Positions 16,314-26,989 of a DNA stretch of 64,000 nt are shown here, in pieces. Both the position numbers and the translations under genes were made by a program. Each line of letters begins with the position of its first letter. The first letter of the stretch is position 1. Under the pieces are notes generated by a model, which was not told the origin of the DNA, ran no database searches, and worked only from the letters and a program-made list of their open reading frames with translations. Origin of the DNA: Calditrichaceae bacterium (lineage in GTDB: Bacteria > Calditrichota > Calditrichia > Calditrichales > JBFXGD01); assembly GCA_050173015.1 (NCBI GenBank), contig JBFXLE010000017.1:1-64000 (forward strand), in the 5' to 3' direction.

Positions 16314-19208
16314 ATGACCAAAAAACTAATCCTGAAATGCAATCTCACGGAAACTTTTTTTAAATACCTGCCAAATCCGCTTAAGAAAGCCGGTCATTTA
16401 TCATCAGGCCCGGGGAAAACCATCTTCTTCCTGACTTTATTACTTCTGTTCTCTTCACCTGCCCGGACACAGGAGAATCATTTGATAATCGCTAAAGGGG
16501 ACCATAATTATCCCCCGTATGAGTATTTGAATGATAAAAATCAGCCGGAAGGCTACAATATTGATCTGATTAGAGCTGTAGCGGATGTGATGGGTCTGAA
16601 TCTGCAATTGACCTTAGGCCCCTGGAGCGAGGTTAAATCAGAACTTGAAGCCGGACAGATTGACATGATCACCGGTATGTATTACACCGAAGACAGAGAT
16701 TCTCTCATTGACTTCTCAACGCCTCATATCATTGTATCCCATACGGTTTTTGTGCGCAAGGATTCGCCCATCGAACAACTATCCGATTTAAAAGACAAAG
16801 AAGTGATCGTACAGAATGGCGATGTGATGCATGAGTTTGCGGTTAAACATAAAATTTCCCGACAATTATTCACCGTGAATGACCACATAGACGCGCTTCG
16901 TCTGCTGGCCTCAGGACAATACGACGCCGCCCTGCTCACCAAACTTGCGGGTCAATACCTCATTCACCGCTATAAGCTGACAAACATTGAAGCGGTGGGG
17001 CCTCCGATCAATCCGGTAAACTATTGTTTCGCGGTACATGATGGTAATCCGATTCTTCTCGCTCAACTAAATGAGGGATTGAGTATCCTGAAAGCCACAG
17101 GCAAATATGACGGGATTTACCAGAAGTGGTTTGGTGTTTATGAACGGGAGACATTTTTTAAGCAACTCATGAAATATTCCCTATATATAATCACGCCGCT
17201 TTTGGCGTTTGTCATTCTTGTTTTTTATTGGTTTTGGCTGCTAAAAAAACGCGTGGCTGTAAAAACAGAACAGCTTAGAAAGGAGCTTTCAGAAAGAGCG
17301 CGGGCGGAAAAGGCGCTGCAGGAGAGTGAAGAAAAATACAGGATACTCGTTGAAAACCAATCCGATCTCGTGGTTAAGGTGGATAAAGACGGGCATTTTT
17401 TATTTGTAAGCCCTTCATATTGTAAGGTATTCGGGAAAACCGAAGAAGAGCTGCTTGGTAAGAAATTTATTCCCCTGGTACATGAAGATGACCGGGAAAG
17501 CACTATTAAGGCTATGCAAGAATTGTATAAACCGCCTCATACGATTTATGTGGAACAGCGGGCAATGACCAAAGACGGCTGGAGGTGGATCGGCTGGGTG
17601 GACAGCGCCATACTGGATAAAGAAGGGGAAGTTACCGGAATTGTTGGTGTTGGGCGGGATATTACGGACCGGAAAAATGTTGAAAATGAGATGAGTATGC
17701 TTGGTCACGCCGTTAAGAGTATCAGCGAATGCGTGAGTATTACCGATAAGGAAGATAATATTTTATTTGTAAATGACGCATTTCTAAAAACTTACGGATA
17801 CCGGCAGGAAGAATTGATCGGAAAACCGATCACAATTATACGTTCTCCGGACGATTCTCTCGCTGAGGCTCGTCAAATTCTGCCTGACACATTAGTTGGG
17901 GGATGGCAGGGTGAAATCATCAATATCAGAAAAGACGGTACGAAAATACCTGTTTATCTCTCCACCTCAGCGATCAAAGATGAACATGGAAAACCGTTCG
18001 CCCTGATCGGCGTTGCCCGGGATATCACTGAGCGTAAACGTCTGGAAAACCAGTTACACCAATCACAAAAAATGGAGGCGATCGGGCAGCTCGCCGGCGG
18101 AGTCGCGCATGATTTTAACAACCTGTTAACAATTATCAGAGGGTACTGCGAATTATTACTGTTAAAAGTAAAAGACAATGACTCCATCATAAAAAGTATC
18201 ACACAGATTGATGACGCGGCCCGCAGAGCTGAATCACTTACGCAGCAGCTCCTCGCCCTAAGCAGAAAGCAAATTCTCCAGCCAAAGATACTTGACCTGA
18301 ATGAAATGATCATTAAAACCAAGAACATTCTTACGCGGTTAATTCCGGAAAATATTGAAGTGAGCACAAATCTGAGCCATGAATTACTGTATATAAAATC
18401 TGATCCCGGACAAATCGAGCAGGTGATCATGAATCTCGTTCTCAATGCCAGGGACGCGATGCCGGAAGGAGGCCGGTTGACAATCGAAACCAAATTACTG
18501 TCTCTTGACGCGACGAATGTGCAACAGTATCCTGGTTTTAAGACCGGAACCTATGTTTCGATGCTGGTCAGCGACACCGGACACGGTATGGAAAAGGAAA
18601 TTCAGCCGCATATTTTTGAACCCTTCTTTACTACAAAAGGAAAAGCAAAACATTCCGGTTTGGGATTGGCGACCGTTTATGGGATCGTCAGACAGAGTGA
18701 CGGTCATATTCTTCTGGACAGCGAAGCAGGTAATGGGACGACTTTCCGTGTTTACTTCCTTAAAGAAGATAAAGCGGCCAGTAATTCTTCAGATAATGAC
18801 AAGACATCCGGAAACGATCTGGACGGTTCTGAAACTATTTTGGTTGTTGAAGATGAAGAGCGGGTTCGTCAGGTAATCTGCGAGACATTGCGCGCGAGAG
18901 GTTACAGAGTGCTGGAATCACCCGATGGAGATCAGGCGCTTCTGGTCTGTAAACGGCATAAAGAGCAAATTGACCTTTTGCTGACAGATGTGGTCATGCC
19001 AAAAATGAATGGTAAAGAACTGGTCGAAAAATTGCAACCCATCCGTCCGGATATCCGAATTTTATACATGTCGGGTTATACGGATGACGCCATCGTTGAT
19101 CAGGGTAAACTTAATCCGGACACCGAATTTATACAAAAACCGTTTACTCCTTTGGCCCTGGCGCGCAAAATACGCTCCGTTCTGGATAACCACACTGACA
19201 ACGGATGA
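16314..19208 (+). CDS. Hybrid sensor histidine kinase (periplasmic amino-acid-binding domain, TM, 2 PAS, HisKA/HATPase, REC)
   Basis: GDHNYPPYEY, QKMEAIGQLAGGVAHDFNNLL, NLVLNARDAMPEGG, FEPFFTTK and LLLTDVVMPKMNG. The true start may be downstream. Confidence 0.95.
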   Translation: MTKKLILKCNLTETFFKYLPNPLKKAGHLSSGPGKTIFFLTLLLLFSSPARTQENHLIIAKGDHNYPPYEYLNDKNQPEGYNIDLIRAVADVMGLNLQLTLGPWSEVKSELEAGQIDMITGMYYTEDRDSLIDFSTPHIIVSHTVFVRKDSPIEQLSDLKDKEVIVQNGDVMHEFAVKHKISRQLFTVNDHIDALRLLASGQYDAALLTKLAGQYLIHRYKLTNIEAVGPPINPVNYCFAVHDGNPILLAQLNEGLSILKATGKYDGIYQKWFGVYERETFFKQLMKYSLYIITPLLAFVILVFYWFWLLKKRVAVKTEQLRKELSERARAEKALQESEEKYRILVENQSDLVVKVDKDGHFLFVSPSYCKVFGKTEEELLGKKFIPLVHEDDRESTIKAMQELYKPPHTIYVEQRAMTKDGWRWIGWVDSAILDKEGEVTGIVGVGRDITDRKNVENEMSMLGHAVKSISECVSITDKEDNILFVNDAFLKTYGYRQEELIGKPITIIRSPDDSLAEARQILPDTLVGGWQGEIINIRKDGTKIPVYLSTSAIKDEHGKPFALIGVARDITERKRLENQLHQSQKMEAIGQLAGGVAHDFNNLLTIIRGYCELLLLKVKDNDSIIKSITQIDDAARRAESLTQQLLALSRKQILQPKILDLNEMIIKTKNILTRLIPENIEVSTNLSHELLYIKSDPGQIEQVIMNLVLNARDAMPEGGRLTIETKLLSLDATNVQQYPGFKTGTYVSMLVSDTGHGMEKEIQPHIFEPFFTTKGKAKHSGLGLATVYGIVRQSDGHILLDSEAGNGTTFRVYFLKEDKAASNSSDNDKTSGNDLDGSETILVVEDEERVRQVICETLRARGYRVLESPDGDQALLVCKRHKEQIDLLLTDVVMPKMNGKELVEKLQPIRPDIRILYMSGYTDDAIVDQGKLNPDTEFIQKPFTPLALARKIRSVLDNHTDNG

Positions 19209-19406
19209 TCCGCCGCAAAACATAAAATCACACCCATCAAATCTATACTTTATTAGCGTTCCGTTTTGTTTACAAATCGGGAGTATTCCAATTTATATGA
19301 TTGAATATCTATTCAATTTGGCATTGCGATGAGTTTAAATCCGCATGGATAATTTTTACCATAAAAAAAGCCTGATCCATAAAAAAGAATCAGGCTGAAT
19401 TTGATG

Positions 19407-19479
19407 TGAGCCAGCGGGGATTCGAACCCCGGACCAACGGCTTAAAAGGCCGCTGCTCTACCAGCTGAGCTACTGGCTC
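19407..19479 (-). tRNA. tRNA-Lys (TTT)
   Basis: GAGCCAGTAGCTCAGCTGGTAGAGCAGCGGCCTTTTAAGCCGTTGGTCCGGGGTTCGAATCCCCGCTGGCTCA; terminator-like hairpin at ~19363-19397. Confidence 0.96.
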
Positions 19480-19607
19480 TCATTTTATTTATCAAAATAG
19501 AGTCACTAATATAAGGATATAATCAATATCTGTCAACCTTATCACGGGATTTTTAATCAGAAAATTTTCGCCCCGTAATCCAGGCGCTTTTTTAGCTGCT
19601 GATTGCG

Positions 19608-21128
19608 TCAGCTTTTGAAATAATCGTTGGTAATTTTTACTACAATTCCCGAGAGCCCCAGCAATCCGATTAAATTCGGAACGGCCATCAGGCCGTTAAA
19701 GACATCCGCCATTGTCCATACCAGATCCAGCTGAGCGATCGTTCCCACAAGAACATATACGCTGAATGTCCCCCGGTACAGAATATTGATGGTATTCAGA
19801 TCAGGAGCTGTGATATTATTTCTGATTTTTGTAAAAACAAAGACGTAGGTCAGGATTATAAACAGACTCATATAAAGCGCGCCGTCGCCGGAGTTTAATA
19901 CAATCCAGAGCGGTAAGACCAGAATAATCATCAGCAGGTACATTACCACTTTTTTTGTCTTTTCACCCGTCGCGACAATGAATTCCAAAGCCTTTTCACC
20001 ATAATAGCTCCATCCGAGTATTGTGGAGTAAGCAAACAGAATCAATCCCACCGAAACAACCGTTCCTCCCATGTTCCCGGGCAACCCCCGCGAAAAAGCA
20101 GCGGATGTCAGTTCCGCGCCGGTTAACAGCGGATTACTCATCCATAATCCCGATGCGATAATGGCAAATCCTGTTAAAGTGCAAATAACAATGGTATCGA
20201 TAAAAGTCTGCGTCATCGAGACCAGCGCCTGAGAAACAGGATGTTTGGTTATGGCCGCGGCGGCGGCGATCGGTGAACTGCCCAAACCGGATTCATTTGA
20301 GAACACGCCTCTGGCGACGCCCATTTTTACGGTCATCATTACCGAAGCGCCGAGAAATCCTCCGGCCGCTGCCGTTCCGCTGAACGCGCCATCAATCACC
20401 TGCATAAATATCGCGGGGATGGTTTCAAAGTGAATCAACAGGATCGCCGAAGCGCTGATGAAGTAGAAAACAATCATAAAAGGCACCAGGATGCCGGTCA
20501 CGCGTCCGATGCTTTTGATCCCGCCCACAATAACAATCGCCGTTGAGACCATCAATATAATTCCTGTCCAGGTATTCGGAATATTAAATGAATGATTCAG
20601 CGCCTGCGCTACAGAATTGGATTGAACCATATTACCAATACCGAACGCCGCGATGGCGGCAAAAACAGCAAATACCAGCCCCAGCCAGCGCATTCCCAAA
20701 CCCTTATGGATATAATACATCGGTCCGCCGCTCATGGCGCCGTTTTCATCTACTTCACGGTAATGAACCGCCAGCACCGCTTCACTGTATTTTGTCGCCA
20801 TTCCGAACAAACCGGTAATCCACATCCAGAACAGAGCTCCCGGACCACCTGTGGCAATCGCGGTCGCCACACCCGCGATATTTCCAGTTCCCACCGTTGC
20901 GGAAAGCGCTGTCATCAGAGCCTGAAAATGACTGATGTCTCCGGGCTGATCACTTTCTTCTTTTCTCTTTATCAAACCGAGGTACAAGGAGTGGGGCAGT
21001 TTGGTAATTTGAATTGCCCGTAGTCTGGCTGATAAATAAATACCGGTTCCAACCAGCAATACCAGAAGGGGCACACCCCAGACAAGATCACTTAACTGTC
21101 TGAAAAACTCAAGAAGCTGATCAGCCAT
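19608..21128 (-). CDS. Sodium:alanine/glycine symporter (AGCS family)
   Basis: [28 protein letters not shown] and [15 protein letters not shown]. Confidence 0.96.
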   Translation of the reverse strand: MADQLLEFFRQLSDLVWGVPLLVLLVGTGIYLSARLRAIQITKLPHSLYLGLIKRKEESDQPGDISHFQALMTALSATVGTGNIAGVATAIATGGPGALFWMWITGLFGMATKYSEAVLAVHYREVDENGAMSGGPMYYIHKGLGMRWLGLVFAVFAAIAAFGIGNMVQSNSVAQALNHSFNIPNTWTGIILMVSTAIVIVGGIKSIGRVTGILVPFMIVFYFISASAILLIHFETIPAIFMQVIDGAFSGTAAAGGFLGASVMMTVKMGVARGVFSNESGLGSSPIAAAAAITKHPVSQALVSMTQTFIDTIVICTLTGFAIIASGLWMSNPLLTGAELTSAAFSRGLPGNMGGTVVSVGLILFAYSTILGWSYYGEKALEFIVATGEKTKKVVMYLLMIILVLPLWIVLNSGDGALYMSLFIILTYVFVFTKIRNNITAPDLNTINILYRGTFSVYVLVGTIAQLDLVWTMADVFNGLMAVPNLIGLLGLSGIVVKITNDYFKS

Positions 21129-21129
21129 A

Positions 21130-21966
21130 TTACTCCCTGTTTATCGTTTGATCGTACATGACCGCTTCCAGCACTCCTCCGGCGAGACTAAAATTATGAT
21201 CAGGTATCTGCATGTGGGCGTTTTTATTAACGGCATGTGAGATTTCGGCGAAGACCACACCTGCTTTTACTATCAGTCCGCTGTTCAATAGCCCTGTAAT
21301 ATGCCCGGCATCAGGCGATAAAATTGGGATTTCACCGATTCTTCCGACTTCATCTTTTTCAAAGACATGATCTCCGCATTGTTTTGATGCCGTAAAAATG
21401 CCTTCAATCGGAGCCCGGATCTGAATTTTGTTCAACCGGATATCCACCGGCTTCTTCTCTTCCGTTGGGATATTATCAAGAAACGGATAGAATACCTTTC
21501 CGGTGTCGGGTGATTTTTCCCCGATCAGATAATTGGCTGTGAACTCACTCGCTTTATCTGAAAATCCGATTGATTTTGCATCCTCGGGAATCACGGACCG
21601 GATATTATGAAAAACATTTACATCTGTTATGATTATATAATCAGCATCAACAGCGTCTTTTGATGACGATAAATCCGAATCGGTAAGAATCGGGATTTTT
21701 CTGTCGGCATGCTGATATTCCATAAAAGATTTCACGAGGATATCAGGTTCAACATCACCGCTATCGATCGCTCCGGAAATGGTTAATCCCTGCACCCCTT
21801 CAATAGTCTTTGATCCGCTGTAAACAGCGCCGCTGAACGTGCGGAGATAATGAATGTCAAGCGGCCGGTCCTGAGCGACTATGGTGACGCGCATGCCACT
21901 GCGATAAAGCCTGAGGGCGCACGCGCTTCCTAAATCTTTCGATCCGGCTATCAGCACCTTTTTCAT
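21130..21966 (-). CDS. Divergent YqeB-like (selenium-dependent molybdenum hydroxylase accessory) protein
   Basis: [34 protein letters not shown] and [10 protein letters not shown] resemble YqeB. Confidence 0.65.
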   Translation of the reverse strand: MKKVLIAGSKDLGSACALRLYRSGMRVTIVAQDRPLDIHYLRTFSGAVYSGSKTIEGVQGLTISGAIDSGDVEPDILVKSFMEYQHADRKIPILTDSDLSSSKDAVDADYIIITDVNVFHNIRSVIPEDAKSIGFSDKASEFTANYLIGEKSPDTGKVFYPFLDNIPTEEKKPVDIRLNKIQIRAPIEGIFTASKQCGDHVFEKDEVGRIGEIPILSPDAGHITGLLNSGLIVKAGVVFAEISHAVNKNAHMQIPDHNFSLAGGVLEAVMYDQTINRE

Positions 21967-22110
21967 TTTGCGCTATTCCTTCCTCTTCCCCGCTCCATTC
22001 TCAATGAATTACAGAACGGAAAACATCAAAATGACGGTAAAAGAATATTTAAAAATGTAATTTGGAGTTTTTGTTACGAATCTTACGGATAAGATCAATT
22101 TACCCCGCGC

Positions 22111-22542
22111 TTAATCCGCCTGGGGTACAAGGGGCAATCCGAATGATTTTAATTTTCTGTCAAATGAAAAAACGATATCAACCCTTTTCCTTTTAAGGGT
22201 TTCCCTTATAAAATAATGTCTTAGTTCAAGTTCTTTATCATTTGATTTCAGACAAAAATTGAGTCCGTTTTTTCTGACCCTGCGTGAAATCCAGTCCGAT
22301 CTCAGATTGATCGTCAGAATGCTTTCTTCAATAATCGACAAAAACCGCCGCGCGAGTTCGTTACCAAGATTCAATTTGATATGGTTTACCGTTTCATCGA
22401 TTATAATATTATTGGTAATAATTTTGGCATCGTTTTCAATTAGATTTCTAAAATATGCCGTGGCCCTCTCGTGTTGCGGATCATTTTTGTCGATAATTGC
22501 AAGCCAGGCCGAAGTATCAATAAAACTGGTCATTATTTTCAT
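22111..22542 (-). CDS. PIN-domain (VapC-like) protein
   Basis: FIDTSAWLA..D.QHERA, TNNIIIDET and VFSFD. Confidence 0.85.
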   Translation of the reverse strand: MKIMTSFIDTSAWLAIIDKNDPQHERATAYFRNLIENDAKIITNNIIIDETVNHIKLNLGNELARRFLSIIEESILTINLRSDWISRRVRKNGLNFCLKSNDKELELRHYFIRETLKRKRVDIVFSFDRKLKSFGLPLVPQAD

Positions 22543-22748
22543 AATTCTTCCGGCTCCTCTGTTGAAAGTTCAAGAAGTTTCATCAGCGGATTTTTTGTAA
22601 TATTGATATCCATTCTCTTTGACCGGATTTTTTTTATCAGAATCTCTACCTTATCCCCTTCATTCAATTTTAAGCGATTAACTATCTCCGCCGGAATATC
22701 GATCTGATTCCTGGTGGAAATTTCAATCATAAACGTTCCTGATGGCAT
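22539..22748 (-). CDS. AbrB/MazE-like DNA-binding protein (putative antitoxin)
   Basis: NQIDIPAEIVNRLKLNEGDKVEI; 4-nt overlap with the PIN gene. Confidence 0.8.
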   Translation of the reverse strand: MPSGTFMIEISTRNQIDIPAEIVNRLKLNEGDKVEILIKKIRSKRMDINITKNPLMKLLELSTEEPEEL

Positions 22749-22754
22749 AATTCC

Positions 22755-23651
22755 TTACTCCTTAAGATACCAGTTTATAAATTCGCTTGTTTCAAAAACC
22801 CCATTTTCACAGATGACTTTATGCACAAGATTAAGCGGCACTTTCTCAAAATACACATTCATTATATCCAGATCTTTGTTTTTGCTTTTGTGCATTTCAT
22901 CAGGATTCTGGGGAGTTATTTTGATGGCGCGCTCACTTTCAATTAAAATTTTTGTGGTCTCCACCGCCAGATATACCGGAACATTCAGATATTTTGCCGT
23001 CAGACAAAGCTGAAGGCTTCCAAGTTTATTTACAAATCCGGTTTCATACAGCCGGTCGGCTCCCAGTAAAACAAGATTCATTTCCGGCATGAAATAACCG
23101 GCGCCCGTATCTGAAATTAAAGTTGTTTTGATATTCTGTTTTGTTAATTCTTCCGCGAGAAGGGCGCCCTCATCCGGGGGATGACTCTTCATACAAAATA
23201 CATCGAATTTTCGTTTATGCCGGGAGGCGGTCAAAAGAATGTTTCTGACCATGGTACTGTTGCTGATGGTCATTACTTTATTAAAGTTGGCGATAATCTT
23301 TGATCCAAGCTGAGAAATGGTGTCCACATTCTTATCCAGCTCTTCATCCAGGGCTTCGATTTTTACCTGAATGGATTCAATCACTTCCGCGAGCGGCTTG
23401 TCCGAATTAAGACTTCTCTTAAAATATAAAAGTAACGCGTTACTCGTTTTCCGCAGAAGCACCATATTGGGCTGGCGCTTTATAAGCAACTTGGCCATAT
23501 TCTGCAAAGATTTGTAGGTGTCATCCGCCGTTGTCGCGTTCATAGCAGATGATTTTAACTCATCTCTGAAAAGATCGAGCATCTTCTTTGTCAGAGAAAG
23601 TGACCCGGAGTGATTATCATTCAGAATATTTTCTAATGTTTTGTTCATCAT
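22755..23651 (-). CDS. eIF-2B alpha/beta/delta family (sugar-phosphate isomerase-like)
   Basis: DNHSGS, RQPNM, TISNSTMV, SHPPDEG and LLGAD..FVNKLGS. Confidence 0.85.
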   Translation of the reverse strand: MMNKTLENILNDNHSGSLSLTKKMLDLFRDELKSSAMNATTADDTYKSLQNMAKLLIKRQPNMVLLRKTSNALLLYFKRSLNSDKPLAEVIESIQVKIEALDEELDKNVDTISQLGSKIIANFNKVMTISNSTMVRNILLTASRHKRKFDVFCMKSHPPDEGALLAEELTKQNIKTTLISDTGAGYFMPEMNLVLLGADRLYETGFVNKLGSLQLCLTAKYLNVPVYLAVETTKILIESERAIKITPQNPDEMHKSKNKDLDIMNVYFEKVPLNLVHKVICENGVFETSEFINWYLKE

Positions 23652-23975
23652 TTACCTTATTGTATTTTGTTTGATCCATTCCACATATTCGGGAAGACCG
23701 TTCTGAACCGTCACCGAAATAATTTCCGGCACCTCATAGGGATGCAGAATCCGAACTTCGCTTTCGAGCCGTTTGAAATTATTTTCGGTGGATTTTATCA
23801 GCAATAATACTTCTTTACTGCTTTCTATTTTTTCCTTCCAGCGGTAAACAGATTTCATTCCCGGCAGAATATTGCAACACGCGGCGAGTTTATTTTCAAC
23901 AAGTTTTGAAGCGATGATGTCAGCGATCTCTGTTGATGGGACAGTACAGAATACAATAATCGCGTTATCTTTCAT
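23652..23975 (-). CDS. cutA: Divalent cation tolerance protein CutA
   Basis: LVENKLAACCNI, SVYRWKEKIE and HPYEVPEII. Confidence 0.95.
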   Translation of the reverse strand: MKDNAIIVFCTVPSTEIADIIASKLVENKLAACCNILPGMKSVYRWKEKIESSKEVLLLIKSTENNFKRLESEVRILHPYEVPEIISVTVQNGLPEYVEWIKQNTIR

Positions 23976-24440
23976 GAATATACCTATAATAATTATTAAA
24001 TAATTTTACACATTTACTAAAAATAATGCAAGAAATTCATTTAATAGGAAACAAATCTTCTCTCCTTCCCCGGCGATTAATTTCCGGCTTTCAACGAGCG
24101 CGCTATTCATATACTGTCCAACGTGATAAATCCCTATGTATCAATGATCATATTGTCGTTTGAGTCCCGCAGTTTTTAATTTACATGTTGACCGGTTTAC
24201 CGAATGGGCGGTAAATTAAACATGATTTAATCAAACCGGAGAAATATACAAAATGCCGGAATTTTCAGAAAACACAAAACCCTGCTGTGGGAATCGGAAT
24301 ATGGACATATTCGATTCTGAATACCTGAAATTAAGAACCAGGTTTCCAAATCATAGAGTGGATTAACAATTCATCGACAAAACATGATAAATTGATATCT
24401 TTTTGAAAAATCATCTGTTTTTAAATCAGAATCATCGGGG

Positions 24441-25811
24441 GTGACTATGCTGAAGCCTTTACAAAATTTTTTGTTCATTTTATTGATCATATTACTCGTC
24501 AATCCAACTTCAGCACAAAACACAATCGTGCTTACATGGAATGATGTTATCGGAATCAGCAGAAGCGAAAATCTGGACCTGGCCATACAAAGGAAAGAAT
24601 ATCAGCATCAAAAATTTAATGAATGGAAGGCGATCTCTGACTTTCTTCCATCGTTGGATTATCAGTACCAGGTAACAAAGAATATCGAATTGCCGGTCTT
24701 CGTTTTTGAAATCCAGGAATTGGGTCAGACCGTCCGGCAGGAAGTTCGCGTAGGAGCGGATTACAATTTTACTCACGCCTTTCAGCTTCAGCTTCCGATA
24801 TTCACGGGAGGGTCGCGTTTCGCGAACTGGCGGATACAAAAAAATCTCAAAAAATCCCTCAGTGAACAACTTCGGGACAAGGAAGATGATATTGTGCTGC
24901 AGTCCCTTGAAGCCTATTTCAATCTTATGCTCGCTTCCAGTCTGATCGATGTGAACCGACAATCCGTCGAAGCGGCGAAAGCGAATTTCGAGCAGGTTGA
25001 GAAATTTTATGAGGCCGGCGCGGCATCGAAACTGGATTATCTGAGGGCCAAAGCGCGGTATTCATCTACTCTGCCCCCTCTGACCACGGCAATTAACTCA
25101 AAGAAAATGTCTGAACAAAATCTAAAATTTCTTCTCAACATCGACAAGGATGATTCTCTCATCGTACTGGATCAGTTAAAACGAATGGAGTTCATTGATG
25201 AGAAGAATCTGGCTCCCCTGGTAGAACTTCAGGAAAACGCGCTCATGGATCGACCTGACGTGTCCGGGATGGAATTCCAAAACAAAGCTGTCAGTGACCA
25301 GAAAATAATGGCCGCATCAAGATTTCTGCCAACCGTTGCCATGAACGCGTCTGTGCAGCATCAGGCTCAGTCAAACACAAGCGATGTATCTGCCGAGGAT
25401 TATATCAGAGTTAAAAGCGCCACATTGTCCGTTCAGCTGCCTCTTTTTGAAGGGGGAAAACGATTGATTGATTTGCAGCAATCCAAAATCAGGGACAAGC
25501 AATCCGATATACAACTGGATTTGCTAAAAAAATCTATCCATCTGGATGTTGAGAATAATTACAACCGATTCAAAGAGGCCCGTACCAATCTCATTAGTCT
25601 CAAGGAAGCTTCGGAGGAAACAAGAGAGGCGCTGCGGCTTGCCGATCTTAACTACCGCGAAGGTATCATCACCCAGGTGGAAGTTCTAACCGCTCAGCTT
25701 TCTTTTATCACCAGCGAAGAAGAATACCGCAACGGAATCTATCAATATAATGTTTCTCAGCTGCGATTGCTTAAATCAACCGGTAAATTGAACACCATTT
25801 GGAATCAATAG
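24441..25811 (+). CDS. TolC family outer-membrane efflux protein
   Basis: Signal peptide and two OEP repeats (LQLPIFTGG, VQLPLFEGG); first gene of the RND operon. Confidence 0.92.
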   Translation: MTMLKPLQNFLFILLIILLVNPTSAQNTIVLTWNDVIGISRSENLDLAIQRKEYQHQKFNEWKAISDFLPSLDYQYQVTKNIELPVFVFEIQELGQTVRQEVRVGADYNFTHAFQLQLPIFTGGSRFANWRIQKNLKKSLSEQLRDKEDDIVLQSLEAYFNLMLASSLIDVNRQSVEAAKANFEQVEKFYEAGAASKLDYLRAKARYSSTLPPLTTAINSKKMSEQNLKFLLNIDKDDSLIVLDQLKRMEFIDEKNLAPLVELQENALMDRPDVSGMEFQNKAVSDQKIMAASRFLPTVAMNASVQHQAQSNTSDVSAEDYIRVKSATLSVQLPLFEGGKRLIDLQQSKIRDKQSDIQLDLLKKSIHLDVENNYNRFKEARTNLISLKEASEETREALRLADLNYREGIITQVEVLTAQLSFITSEEEYRNGIYQYNVSQLRLLKSTGKLNTIWNQ

Positions 25812-25821
25812 GAGAAGGATC

Positions 25822-26931
25822 ATGAAAAAAGTCTCGGTTTCTCTCATTTGGATTATTCTGATACTTTTGACGGGTTGCGGTCAGGATAATGAAGGATCGA
25901 AAAAGACCGCCGTACCGGTTCAGGTTTATCAAATCCGTCCGGACTCTATTTCCACAACTATTGAAACTACAGGAAACCTGGAAGCCATGAATGACGCGTT
26001 TGTTTACAGCCAGGTCTCGGAAAAGCTGGACAAAATTATCAAACCCGTGGGCAGCAAGATAAAAAAAGATGAAATTATCGCCGTTCTGGAAAACAAAATC
26101 TGGAAACAATCCATGAAACAGGCGGAAGCCTCTTATCAATCCATGCAGGCAAGATACGATCAGGTAAAACAGGATTATGACCGTTATCAAAGGCTATACA
26201 GCGAAATGGCCGTCAGCGAGCAGCAATGGGAAAAAACCGGATCCGCTTTGCAGGAATCAGAAGCCACCCTTGCTCAGCTCCGGGCCGCCTACGAACAGGC
26301 AAAAGAACAGTTTGAAAACACTTATATAAAGGCTCCATTCGACGGGGTGGTCGGCAGCCTTTTGTTTGAACTCGGTCAGATGGTGCCGGCCGGTCAGCCG
26401 GTGGCTAAAATTATAAATACTGATTTAATGCGGGCCAAACTCAATATCTCCGATATTTTTATGAATAAACTAAAACTTGGACAAACCGTTTACGCGGAAT
26501 TTCCTCCCCTCCCGGGCAACATATATTCGGGAACCATCACCCGTATAAATCCGGCAATCGACGCGATCAGCCGAACCGCGGAAACGGAGGCCATATTTGA
26601 CAATATCCGTCGTGAACTTAAATCGGGCATGTACGGCCAGTTCAGCATTGAGATTGAGATGCGCAAAAATACTTTTGTAATCCCCGATAACGCTCTCATC
26701 CGGAGAACAGAAGTAAAAGTCGATCCAAACACAGGACAGACCTATACCCATCAGCGGTTTTATGTTTTTGTCGCCGAAAGTGACACAGCGGGATTAGTGG
26801 AAGTAAAAACCGGTCTCCAGGAAAACAGCAGGATTGAAATCACCGACGGTCTGAAAAAAGACGATCGTGTGATTGTCGTCGGCCAGCAAATTGTAAAAGA
26901 AGGTCAAGAGGTAAATATTATCACTCAGTGA
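25822..26931 (+). CDS. RND efflux periplasmic adaptor (MFP) lipoprotein
   Basis: Lipobox LTGC, IKAPFDGVV and LKSGMYG. Confidence 0.93.
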   Translation: MKKVSVSLIWIILILLTGCGQDNEGSKKTAVPVQVYQIRPDSISTTIETTGNLEAMNDAFVYSQVSEKLDKIIKPVGSKIKKDEIIAVLENKIWKQSMKQAEASYQSMQARYDQVKQDYDRYQRLYSEMAVSEQQWEKTGSALQESEATLAQLRAAYEQAKEQFENTYIKAPFDGVVGSLLFELGQMVPAGQPVAKIINTDLMRAKLNISDIFMNKLKLGQTVYAEFPPLPGNIYSGTITRINPAIDAISRTAETEAIFDNIRRELKSGMYGQFSIEIEMRKNTFVIPDNALIRRTEVKVDPNTGQTYTHQRFYVFVAESDTAGLVEVKTGLQENSRIEITDGLKKDDRVIVVGQQIVKEGQEVNIITQ

Positions 26932-26989
26932 GAACACGATGCCTGAACATTTTCAATTGATGCACAAATTTTAATCCTGAGAGGCGCCA

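Noticed and set aside
15735-19479. Prophage or integrative element at tRNA-Lys
   Set aside because: No integrase, phage genes or duplicated tRNA 3' end seen.
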